From positions 22,154-86,153 of the forward strand of contig CAXHJY010000303.1 of the NCBI GenBank assembly GCA_964016885.1: a DNA stretch of 64,000 bases, read 5' to 3'. The position numbers and the translations under genes were made by a program. The notes beneath the pieces are model-generated. The model worked only from the letters and a program-made list of their open reading frames with translations. It did no database searches and had not been told where the DNA came from. Below, piece after piece: positions 27,287 through 40,480 of this stretch. Position 1 is the stretch's first letter, and every line of letters starts with the position of its first letter. Source of the DNA: Eledone cirrhosa. Its lineage: Eukaryota.

Positions 27287-27395
27287 ATGATGGAGCGGAG
27301 AATTCGTTTGAAGTCAGTCAATGTTCACATAACATGCACACTGTGTTCTGGCTACCTCATTGATGCGACCACCATCACAGAATGTCTGCATACAT
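27287..27395 (+). CDS. PCGF3: PCGF3 coding exon 1 (RING N-half; splice acceptor at 27260/27261)
   Basis: Encodes [36 protein letters not shown]; upstream acceptor tttctttcag|, donor T|gtgagt, phase 1. Confidence 0.95.
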
Positions 27396-28756
27396 GTGAG
27401 TATAGTTCTTCCTCATTTTATTGTAAAACCATTTGTCAGTTTTATTGCCTCTACTCATTTATTTTACTTCTTTGATATCTGGGTTTTTTTTTGTTTCCTT
27501 GTTGTTTTCAGTAATATTTCCAACTCCTGCTGCCTAAAACTATTGCTGTTACACCTAAGTACTTTCAGTCACACCTGAGTACTCTCAGTTACTATGCAAC
27601 AACATTGTATCTAATTGGTAGATAACTTGTTGAGCCTCAATGTTACCTCTGATCAAGCAAATCTATAATCAAAGTTATTTAAGCAGTGACCATCTCATAT
27701 ATTTTTCTTTTCAGGCATAGTATATATAATGTGATATTTTTGAAAGATGGTAAGGTGTGATTTTAGGAAGATTTGGCTGCTATTTTTAGCAGATTGAGCA
27801 ATCAAGTAGTGGCTTCTTTATTGGCTAGTTGCTTGAAGTCATTTGGGTAACAACTGACAACTAACATCTGTGATGTTCCTAATGCAAATCTTTAATTTGT
27901 TCAAATCTGAATAAATTATACTCTGGTAAGAAATATCAATAGTGCTATTTTACTTCTTCAACACTGTCATAATGTTATATTTAGTGAGGCTCTACTTACA
28001 AACAAACAGTGAAGGCACATAGCTTAGTGGTTAGTGCATTGGATTTGTAATTGTGAGGTTGTGAGTTTGATTCCCAGACCAGGTGACGTGTTGTGTCCTT
28101 GAGCAAGACATTTTATTTTATGTTGCTCCAGTTTACTCAACTGTAGAAATGAGTTGCAACATCACTGGTGCCAAACTGTATCCAACTTTGCCTTTCCCTT
28201 GAACAACACTATTGGTCTTCCACAAAAAAACCTTTCCCAGACTTTGAGCCTTGGAGGGGAACTTTCTAGGTGTAAATTTGAAGGTGGTCTTTACCTTTTT
28301 ACTTACAAACAAGAAATAAAGTGACACCAAAAGATAAGAAATAAAGATCATCAAAAAACTTTGATCTGAGGAGATATATTAAAGTCTGAAATAGCAGGGC
28401 ACGCATATATGGTATAGTGGAAGCACGTTCTCTAGCAGTAAGTGAGCTGAACTTACAATCATAATGTTGTGTGTTCAACAGGCCGAGAGGTTTACATCCT
28501 GCTTGCATATGAACAAATGTTCTATCAAGTACAGAGAAGTTGTCAAGTCTTTTGACAAAAACTGATTCTTACACAAACATCAGATTTTTACACTCTACTG
28601 CAGAATACAAAATATGTAATTGCAGGATATTTTGCCAATTTCCACCAACTTCAACAGGCACCAAAATATCTGGAATAATACATACAGATACTTCTGGTCA
28701 TATCCATTTGTAAAATGACAATATTTAAAAAACAACCTTTATTATCATACTTGTAA

Positions 28757-29030
28757 TGGCTTAGTGGTAAAGGTGTTGGACTTACAATCATAATGTTGTG
28801 GGTTTGATTCTTGGACTGGGTTATGTGTTGTGTTCTTGAGCAAAATGCTTCATTTCATGTTGCTCAAGTATACTCAGCTAAAAATGAGTACCAGCAATAG
28901 CTGGGGGTTTAATGCTGCAATGGACTGGGTTTCTGTTCAAGGGAAAGTCTTGTACTTTCAGTTGCTTAACACCATAGAAGCTGGGATAAGCATTGGCCTG
29001 ATGAGCGCTGGGCTTGAGACAAATTTTAGG
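28757..29030 (+). mobile_element. SINE family B
   Basis: tggcttagtggtaaaggtgttggacttac...cctgatgagcgctgggcttgagac. Confidence 0.83.
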
Positions 29031-29200
29031 CTTTTTAATGCGCACATTCAGAAAATATATCTTTGAAATATGCAATTTTATGGATGTTTCAAGGAAACGA
29101 ATTGGCATGGGGATATTACACTGTAGTTTTGTTCAAATATATATATATGTGTATATAATAATGTAGCTATATGTGTATATATATATATATATGTATATAT

Positions 29201-29531
29201 ATCATCATCATCATTTTACGTCTGCTTTTCTCTGCTTGCAAGGGTGGGATGGGAACTGATTCTGGCTTGATTTCTACAGCTGGATGCCCTTCCTAACACC
29301 AACCTCATTTACAGTGAGTGCTGGATGCTTTTTTTCTGTGGTGCCTACATGTCCACTTTGCAGTGGAATGATATGGACCCTAGTCCAATCATCTCATTTC
29401 TACAGCTGAGTAAACTGGAGCAATGTGAAATAAAGAGTCTTGCTCAAGGAAACAACACATCATCCGGTCTGAGAATTGAACTCACAACCTTTCAATTGCA
29501 AGGCGAATGCTCTAACCACTAAGACATGCGC

Positions 29532-29533
<2 letters not shown>
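29201..29533 (-). mobile_element. SINE family C
   Basis: Colinear with 5232-5573. Confidence 0.88.
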
Positions 29534-29585
<52 letters not shown>

Positions 29586-29619
29586 TGTGTTAGCAGCCAA
29601 AGTGTATGATAGAGTTATA

Positions 29620-30540
29620 CCCGTATAAATACAGTGTGTGTAATCGAGACTGCCGCTTTCAAATTCTATGCAAATGAGGTGTTCAAATATTTTTGCTTTG
29701 GAGGTGAATATTACACCTGTTTACTTTTGATGTGTAGTTTGTTTTTCCTCTTGTTTTTTAAGTGTTTTGATTGAAAATGGACTTCAAAATGGTCAAAAAT
29801 TGGTAAATAGTCATTACATATTGGAGTTGTGAAACAAACTTTACTCTAAACAATGTTTAAAACATTTTGAATATCAAAAGAATAAAACTTCATAAATATA
29901 TTCTCCACTTATTAGAATTTCATATCTACATCATCTAAACATAATGTGTTGATTTCCTGTCTCGGCTTATAAACGGTGTTTGGATTTTTTTCTCTCATTT
30001 CTCAGACATAAAATATGGGGTTGGCTTATATACTGTATATCAAAATATTAACACTTCATAAAAATATTCTGTGGGAATTTACAAAACGGTGCCATCTAAA
30101 TGTAATGAATATTTTAATTAGCAGCCTCAGCTTATACTCAGAGTTTGGATTTTTGCCCATTTCTCAGACATAAAATAGTAGTTCATCTTATAGGCAAATC
30201 ATCTTATACACAAATATATACAGTGTATCCTCAGCATTTGCAATCCCGGCATTTGCAGTCCTGGTTATTTGCAGAATTTTCCTTAGAACGATCTTCTGCA
30301 ATTTTTTTTGTGGCAATATATATTTTTTAACACTAAATTATTAATAACAATATATCGTATTTGCCGACCTATTAGACACCCCTTCCCATAAAATGCTCCC
30401 TCTTTTTAAAATTATATTTTACGTTATATTTTGACGTTTATAGGCATTTTTATGGACCACGTCTAATATTTGTGGTTTTTCACTCTTTGTGGCTGCTCTA
30501 GCAATGTAACTCCCATGAATACTGGGGAACAACTGTACTG
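29620..30540. mobile_element. Unexpanded copy of the same MITE family with a single satellite monomer
   Basis: aaattctatgcaaatgaggtg...tttggaGGTGAATATTACACC (29703-29717) is followed by sequence colinear with 50820-51010 (for example gttgtgaaacaaa and aaaacttcataaatatattctccact); TIRs are degenerate. Confidence 0.8.
30221..30535. mobile_element. Tigger-like MITE nested in the right end of the previous element
   Basis: TA|CAGTGTATCCTCAGCATT ... GAATACTGGGGAACAACTG|TA imperfect TIRs with TA target duplication. Confidence 0.6.
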
Positions 30541-33500
30541 TAAATTAAAACCTAAGAATTAAGCTATATTACTATATTTCTTCAATGTTTACAAAATAAA
30601 TAGGAACATGAGCTATTTTTTGCATTAGAAATATGGTAATAAAAGGGTTAAAATGTAAATCAACAAGCAATCAGTTCATAAACATTATTTTTAGCCAATA
30701 AAGAATAGGTATACCATATTCCTGCACACTGCAAAAGGTTGGTAACTTGAAGGGAATATGACTGTAAAACATTGCCTCAAAAAAGAAACCATGATGAATA
30801 TTATTAAAATTGTTATTGGGTCCATACAGCTAACCCACACTTTAGTGGGGAAAATAGCTTTAAAATGTTTGATGGTGATGATGATGATGATGATGATGAT
30901 GACTACTATCAGAGCCTTATTTGTAAGAAGAGGCTAGACAGTAAAGGACAGCCAACATGTTATGTCTGCAGTCTAGTCCTCAACCAAGTGGAGACATTGT
31001 ATATATGTGATGTTAGATCTACAGATTGTACCCTAGCCCATTCACTCCTCTGAACATTTACTGTTTATACTCGTATATAAGCCAAGAAATATGTGATTTA
31101 AAAAAAATTGATGTTAAAATATATTTAAGATTTTTTGATTTTCACCATTGTAAAAATTCTATGTAAATGAAGTGCTAAAATATTTTCACTTTGGAGGTGA
31201 ATATTACACCAGTTTCACTTTGGAGGTGAATATTACACCAGTTTTATTTTGGGGTGAATATTACACCAGTTTTACTTTTGGGGTGAATATTACACCAGTT
31301 TCACTTTGGAGGTGAATATTACACCAGTTTTATTTTGGGGTGAATATTACACCAGTTTTACTTTTGGGGTGAATATTATACCAGTTTTACTTTTGGAGGT
31401 GAATATTATACCAGTTTTACTTTTAAGGTGAATATTATACCAGTTTTACTTTTGGGGTGAATATTACACCAGTTTCACTTTGGAGGTGAATATTACACCA
31501 GTTTCACTTTGAAGGTGAATATTACACCAGTTTTACTTTGAAGGTGAATATTACACCAGTTTCACTTTGAAGGTGAATATTACACCAGTTTTACTTTGGA
31601 GGTGAATATTACACCAGTTTCACTTTGGAGGTGAATATTACACCAGTTTTACTTTTGGGGTGAATATTACACCAGTTTTACTTTTGGGGTGAATATTACA
31701 CCAGTTTTACTTTTGGGGTGAATATTACACCAGTTTCACTTTGAAGGTGAATATTACACCAGTTTCACTTTGAAGGTGAATATTACACCAGTTTCACTTT
31801 GAAGGTGAATATTACACCAGTTTCACTTTGAAGGTGAATATTACACCAGTTTTACTTTGGAGGTGAATATTACACCAGTTTCACTTTGGAGGTGAATATT
31901 ACACCAGTTTTACTTTTGGGGTGAATATTACACCAGTTTCACTTTGGAGGTGAATATTATACCAGTTTTACTTTTGGGGTGAATATTACACCAGTTTCAC
32001 TTTGAAGGTGAATATTACACCAGTTTTACTTTGGAGGTGAATATTACACAGTTTTACTTTTGGGGTTAATATTACACCAGTTTTACTTTTGGGGTGAATA
32101 TTACACCAGTTTCACTTTAAAGGTGAATATTACACCAGTTTCACTTTGAAGGTGAATATTACACCAGTTTTACTTTGGAGGTGAATATTACACCAGTTTC
32201 ACTTTGAAGGTGAATATTACACCAGTTTCACTTTGAAGGTGAATATTACACCAGTTTCACTTTGAAGGTGAATATTACACCAGTTTTACTTTGGAGGTGA
32301 ATATTACACCAGTTTCACTTTGGAGGTGAATATTACACCAGTTTTACTTTGGAGGTGAATATTACACCAGTTTCACTTTGGAGGTGAATATTACACCAGT
32401 ATTATTTTGGGGTGAATATTAGACCAGTTTTACTTTTGGGGTGAATATTACATCAGTTTTACTTTTGGGGTGAATATTATACCAGTTTTACTTTTGGGGT
32501 GAATATTACACCAGTTTCACTTTGAAGGTGAATATTACACCAGTTTTACTTTGGAGGTGAATATTACACAGTTTTACTTTTGGGGTTAATATTACACCAG
32601 TTTTACTTTTGGGGTGAATATTACACCAGTTTCACTTTAAAGGTGAATATTACACCAGTTTTACTTTGGAGGTGAATATTACACCAGTTTTACTTTGGAG
32701 GTGAATATTACACCAGTTTCACTTTGGAGGTGAATATTACACCAGTTTCACTTTGGAGGTGAATATTACACCAGTTTCACTTTGAAGGTGAATATTACAT
32801 CAGTTTCACTTTGAAGGTGAATATTACATCAGTTTCACTTTGAAGGTGAATATTACACCAGTTTCACTTTGAAGGTGAATATTACATCAGTTTCACTTTG
32901 AAGGTGAATATTACATCAGTTTCACTTTGGAGGTGAATATTACACCAGTTTCACTTTGGAGGTGAATATTACACCAGTTTTACTTTTGGGGTGAATATTA
33001 CACCAGTTTTACTTTTGGGGTGAATATTACACCAGTTTCACTTTGGAGGTGAATATTACACCAGTTTCACTTTGAAGGTGAATATTACACCAGTTTTACT
33101 TTTGGAGGTGAATATTACACCAGTTTTATTTTGGAGGTGAATATTACACCAGTTTTACTTTGGAGGTGAATATTACACCAGTTTTACTTTTAGGGTGAAT
33201 ATTACACCAGTTTCACTTTGGAGGTGAATATTACATCAGTTTTACTTTTGGGGTGAATATTACACCAGTTTCACTTTGGAGGTGAATATTATACCAGTTT
33301 TACTTTTGGGGTGAATATTACACCAGTTTTACTTTTGGAGTGAATATTACACCAGTTTTACTTTTGGAGTGAATATTACACCAGTTTTACTTTTGGAGTG
33401 AATATTACACCAGTTTTACTTTTGGAGTGAATATTACACCAGTTTTACTTTTGGAGTGAATATTACACCAGTTTTACTTTTGGAGTGAATATTACACCAG

Positions 33501-36500
33501 TTTTACTTTTGGAGTGAATATTACACCAGTTTTACTTTTGGAGTGAATATTACACCAGTTTTACTTTTGGAGTGAATATTACACCAGTTTTATTTTGGAG
33601 GTGAATATTACACCAGTTTTACTTTTGGAGGTGAATATTACAACAGTTTTACTTTTGGAGGTGAATATTACACCAGTTTTATTTTGGAGGTGAATATTAC
33701 ACCAGTTTTATTTTGGAGGTGAATATTACACCAGTTTTACTTTGGAGGTGAATATTACACCCGTTTTACTTTTGGGGTGAATATTACACCAGTTTCACTC
33801 TGGAGGTGAATATTATACCAGTTTTACTTTTGGGGTTAATATTACACCAGTTTCACTTTGGAGGTGAATATTACACCAGTTTTACTTTGGAGGTGAATAT
33901 TATACCAGTTTTACTTTTGGGGTGAATATTACACCAGTTTCACTTTGGAGGTGAATATTACACCAGTTTTACTTTTGGAGTGAATATTACACCAGTTTTA
34001 CTTTTGGAGTGAATATTACACCAGTTTTACTTTTGGAGTGAATATTACACCAGTTTTACTTTTGGAGTGAATATTACACCAGTTTTACTTTTGGAGTGAA
34101 TATTACACCAGTTTTACTTTTGGAGTGAATATTACACCAGTTTTACTTTGGAGGTGAATATTACACCAATTTTACTTTCGGAGTGAATATTACACCAGTT
34201 TTACTTTGGAGTGAATATTACACCAATTTTACTTTTGGAGTGAATATTACACCAGTTTTACTTTTGGGGTGAATATTACACCAGTTTCACTTTGGAGGTG
34301 AATATTACACCAGTTTTACTTTTGGGGTGAATATTACACCAGTTTTACTTTTAAGGTGAATATTACACCAGTTTTACTTTGGAAGTGAATATTACACTAG
34401 TTTTACTTTTGGGGTGAATATTACACCAGTTTTACTTTAGATGTGAATATTACACCAGTTTCACTTTGAAGGTGAATATTACACCAGTTTTACTTTGGAG
34501 GTGAATATTACACCAGTTTTACTTTTAGGGTGAATATTACACCAGTTTCACTTTGGAGGTGAATATTACATCAGTTTTACTTTTGGGGTGAATATTACAC
34601 CAGTTTCACTTTGGAGGTGAATATTATACCAGTTTTACTTTTGGGGTGAATATTACACCAGTTTTACTTTTGGAGTGAATATTACACCAGTTTTACTTTT
34701 GGAGTGAATATTACACCAGTTTTACTTTTGGAGTGAATATTACACCAGTTTTACTTTTGGAGTGAATATTACACCAGTTTTACTTTTGGAGTGAATATTA
34801 CACCAGTTTTACTTTTGGAGTGAATATTACACCAGTTTTACTTTTGGAGTGAATATTACACCAGTTTTACTTTTGGAGTGAATATTACACCAGTTTTACT
34901 TTTGGAGTGAATATTACACCAGTTTTATTTTGGAGGTGAATATTACACCAGTTTTACTTTTGGAGGTGAATATTACAACAGTTTTACTTTTGGAGGTGAA
35001 TATTACACCAGTTTTATTTTGGAGGTGAATATTACACCAGTTTTATTTTGGAGGTGAATATTACACCAGTTTTACTTTGGAGGTGAATATTACACCCGTT
35101 TTACTTTTGGGGTGAATATTACACCAGTTTCACTCTGGAGGTGAATATTATACCAGTTTTACTTTTGGGGTTAATATTACACCAGTTTCACTTTGGAGGT
35201 GAATATTACACCAGTTTTACTTTCGAGGTGAATATTATACCAGTTTTACTTTTGGGGTGAATATTACACCAGTTTCACTTTGGAGGTGAATATTACACCA
35301 GTTTTACTTTTGGAGTGAATATTACACCAGTTTTACTTTTGGAGTGAATATTACACCAGTTTTACTTTTGGAGTGAATATTACACCAGTTTTACTTTTGG
35401 AGTGAATATTACACCAGTTTTACTTTTGGAGTGAATATTACACCAGTTTTACTTTTGGAGTGAATATTACACCAGTTTTACTTTGGAGGTGAATATTACA
35501 CCAATTTTACTTTCGGAGTGAATATTACACCAGTTTTACTTTGGAGTGAATATTACACCAATTTTACTTTTGGAGTGAATATTACACCAGTTTTACTTTT
35601 GGGGTGAATATTACACCAGTTTCACTTTGGAGGTGAATATTACACCAGTTTTACTTTTGGGGTGAATATTACACCAGTTTTACTTTTAAGGTGAATATTA
35701 CACCAGTTTTACTTTGGAAGTGAATATTACACTAGTTTTACTTTTGGGGTGAATATTACACCAGTTTTACTTTAGATGTGAATATTACACCAGTTTCACT
35801 TTGAAGGTGAATATTACACCAGTTTTACTTTGGAAGTGAATATTACACAGTTTTACTTTTGGGGTGAATATTACACCAGTTTCACTTTGGAGGTGAATAT
35901 TACACCAGTTTTACTTTTAAGGTGAATATTACACCAGTTTCACTTTGGAGGTGAATATTACACCAGTTTTACTTTTGGAGTGAATATTACACCAGTTTTA
36001 CTTTGGAGGTGAATATTACACCAGTTTTACTTTTGGAGTGAATATTACACCAGTTTTACTTTTGGAGTGAATATTACACCAGTTTTACTTTTGGGGTGAA
36101 TATTACACCAGTTTTACTTTTAAGGTGAATATTACACCAGTTTCACTTTGAAGGTGAATATTACACCAGTTTTACTTTTAAGGTGAATATTACACCAGTT
36201 TCACTTTGGAGGTGAATATTACACCAGTTTCACTTTGGAGGTGAATATTACACCAGATTTACTTTTGGGGTGAATATTACACCAGTTTCACTTTTCGGGT
36301 GAATATTACACCAGTTTCACTTTGAAGGTGAATATTACACCAGTTTCACTTTGAAGGTGAATATTACATCAGTTTTATTTTGGAGGTGAATATTACACCA
36401 GTTTTACTTTGGAAGTGAATATTACAGTTTTACTTTTGGGGTGAAAATTACACCAGTTTTACTTTTGGGGTGAATATTACACCAGTTTCACTTTGGTGGT

Positions 36501-39500
36501 GAATATTACACCAGTTTCACTTTGAAGGTGAATATTACATCAGTTTCACTTTGGAGGTGAATATTACACCAGTTTTATTTTGGAGGTGAATATTACACCA
36601 GTTTCACTTTGGAGGTGAATATTATACCAGTTTTACTTTAGATGTGAATATTACACCAGTTTTACTTTTGGGGTGAATATTACATCAGTTTTACTTTGGA
36701 AGTGAATATTACACAGTTTTACTTTTGGGGTTAATATTACACCAGTTTCACTTTGGAGGTGAATATTACACCAGTTTTACTTTTGGGGTGAATATTACAC
36801 CAGTTTCACTTTGGAGGTGAATATTACACCAGTTTTACTTTTAAGGTGAATATTACACCAGTTTTACTTTTAAGGTGAATATTACACCAGTTTCACTTTG
36901 GAGGTGAATATTACACCAGTTTTACTTTAGATGTGAATATTACACCAGTTTTACTTTTGGGGTGAATATTACACCAGTTTCACTTTGAAGGTGAATATTA
37001 CACCAGTTTTACTTTGGAAGTGAATATTACACAGTTTTACTTTTGGGGTTAATATTACACCAGTTTCACTTTGGAGGTGAATATTACACCAGTTTTACTT
37101 TTGGGGTGAATATTACACCAGTTTCACTTTGAAGGTGAATATTACACCAATTTCACTTTTAAGGTGAATATTACATCAGTTTCACTTTGGAGGTGAATAT
37201 TATACCAGTTTCACTTTGAAGGTGAATATTACACCAGTTTCACTTTGGAGGTGAATATTACACCAGTTTTACTTTTAAGGTGAATATTACACCAGTTTCA
37301 CTTTGAAGGTGAATATTACACCAGTTTTACTTTTAAGGTTAATATTACATCAGTTTCACTTTGGAGGTGAATATTACACCAGTTTCACTTTGAAGGGGAA
37401 TATTACACCAGTTTTACTTTGGAGTTGAATATTACACAGTTTTACTTTTGGGGTTAATATTACACCAGTTTCACTTTGGAGGTGAATATTACACCAGTTT
37501 TACTTTTGGGGTGAATATTACACCAGTTTTACTTTTGGGGTGAATATTACACCAGTTTCACTTTGAAGGTGAATATTACACCAATTTCACTTTTAAGGTG
37601 AATATTACATCAGTTTCACTTTGGAGGTGAATATTACACCAGTTTCACTTTGGAGGTGAATATTATACCAGTTTTACTTTGGAGGTGAATATTACACCAG
37701 TTTTATTTTGGAGGCGAATATTACACCAGTTTTACTTTGGAGGTGAATATTACACCAGTTTTACTTTTGGGGTGAACATTACACCAGTTTCACTTTGGAG
37801 GTGAATATTATACCAGTTTTACTTTTGGGGTGAATATTACACCAGTTTCACTTTGGAGGTGAATATTACACCAGTTTTACTTTTGGGGCGAATATTACAC
37901 GAGTTTCACTTTGGAGGTGAATATTATACCAGTTTTACTTTGGATGTGAATATTACACCAGTTTCACTTTGGAGGTGAATATTATACCAGTTTTACTTTT
38001 GGGGTGAATATTACACCAGTTTCACTTTGGAGGTGAATATTACACCAGTTTTACTTTTGGAGTGAATATTACACCAGTTTTACTTTTGGAGTGAATATTA
38101 CACCAGTTTTACTTTTGGTGTGAATATTACACCAGTTTTACTTTTGGAGTGAATATTACACCAGTTTTATTTAGGAGGTGAATATTACACCAGTTTTACT
38201 TTTGGAGGTGAATATTACACCAGTTTTACTTTTGGTGGTGAATATTACACCAGTTTTATTTTGGAGGTGAATATTACACCAGTTTTATTTTGGAGGTGAA
38301 TATTACACCAGTTTTACTTTGGAGGTGAATATTACACCAGTTTTACTTTTGGGGTGAATATTACACCAGTTTCACTTTGGAGGTGAATATTATACCAGTT
38401 TTACTTTTGGGGTGAATATTACACCAGTTTCACTTTGGAGGTGAATATTACACCAGTTTTACTTTTGGGGTGAATATTACACCAGTTTCACTTTGGAGGT
38501 GAATATTATACCAGTTTTACTTTTGGGGTGAATATTACACCAGTTTCACTTTGGAGGTGAATATTACACCAGTTTTACTTTTGGAGTGAATATTACACCA
38601 GTTTTACTTTTGGAGTGAATATTACACCAGTTTTACTTTTGGAGTGAATATTACACCAGTTTTACTTTTGGAGTGAATATTACACCAGTTTTACTTTTGG
38701 TGTGAATATTACACCAGTTTTACTTTTGGAGTGAATATTACACCAGTTTTACTTTTGGAGTGAATATTACACCAGTTTTACTTTTGGAGTGAATATTACA
38801 CCAGTTTTACTTTGGAGGTGAATATTACACCAATTTTACTTTTGGAGTGAATATTACACCAGTTTTACTTTGGAGTGAATATTACACCAATTTTACTTTT
38901 GGAGTGAATATTACACCAGCTTTACTTTTGGGGTGAATATTACCCCAGTTTTACTTTTGGGGTGAATATTACACCAGTTTTACTTTTAAGGTGAATATTA
39001 CACCAGTTTTACTTTGGAAGTGAATATTACACCAGTTTTACTTTTGGAGTGAATATTACACCAGTTTTACTTTTGGGGTGAATATTACACCAGTTTTACT
39101 TTAGATGTGAATATTACACCAGTTTCACTTTGAAGGTGAATATTACACCAGTTTTACTTTGGAAGTGAATATTACACCAGTTTTATTTTGGAGGTGAATA
39201 TTACACCAGTTTCACTTTGGAGGTGAATATTACACCAGTTTCACTTTTGTGGTGAATATTACACCAGTTTCACTTTGGAGGTGAATATTATACCAGTTTT
39301 ACTTTAGATGTGAATATTACACCAGTTTTACTTTTGGGATGAATATTACATCAGTTTTACTTTGGAAGTGAATATTACACAGTTTTACTTTTGGGGTTAA
39401 TATTACACCAGTTTCACTTTGGAGGTGAATATTACACCAGTTTTACTTTTGGGGTGAATATTACACCAGTTTCACTTTGGAGGTGAATATTACACCAGTT

Positions 39501-40420
39501 TTACTTTTAAGGTGAATATTACACCAGTTTTACTTTTAAGGTGAATATTACACCAGTTTCACTTAGGAGGTGAATATTACACCAGTTTTACTTTAGATGT
39601 GAATATTACACCAGTTTTACTTTTGGGGTGAATATTACACCAGTTTCACTTTGAAGGTGAATATTACACCAGTTTTATTTTGGAAGTGAATATTACACAG
39701 TTTTACTTTTGGGGCTAATATTACACCAGTTTCACTTTGGAGGTGAATATTACACCAGTTTTACTTTTGGGGTGAATATTACACCAGTTTCACTTTTGAA
39801 GGTGAATATTACACCAATTTCACTTTTAAGGTGAATATTACATCAGTTTCACTTTGGAGGTGAATATTACACCAGTTTCACCTTGAAGGTGAATATTACA
39901 CCAGTTTCACTTTGGAGGTGAATATTACACCAGTTTTACTTTTAAGGTGAATATTACACCAGTTTCACTTTGAAGGTGAATATTACACCAGTTTTACTTT
40001 TAAGGTGAATATTACATCAGTTTCACTTTGGAGGTGAATATTACACCAGTTTCACTTTGAAGGTGAATATTACACCAGTTTTACTTTGGAGTTGAATATT
40101 ACACAGTTTTACTTTTGGGGTTAATATTACACCAGTTTCACTTTGGAGGTGAATATTACACCAGTTTTACTTTTGGGGTGAATATTACACCAGTTTTACT
40201 TTGAAGGTGAATATTACACCAATTCACTTTTAAGGTGAATATTACATCAGTTTCACTTTGGAGGTGAATATTACACCAGTTTCACTTTGGAAGTGAATAT
40301 TATACCAGTTTTACTTTGGAGGTGAATATTACACCAGTTTTACTTTTGGGGTGAATATTACACCAGTTTCACTTTGGAGGTGAATATTATACCAGTTTTA
40401 CTTTAGATGTGAATATTACA

Positions 40421-40480
40421 AGGGCGGTGCCCCAGCATGGCCTCAGCCGGATGGCTGAAACAGGTAAGAGAGTAAAAGAG
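40421..40480 (+). mobile_element. 60-bp 5'-truncated retroposon 3' tail inserted in the satellite (copy 1)
   Basis: agggcggtgccccagcatggcctcagccggatggctgaaacaggtaagagagtaaaagag flanked by direct repeat TATTACA; a diverged relative lies at ~6233-6284. Confidence 0.85.
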
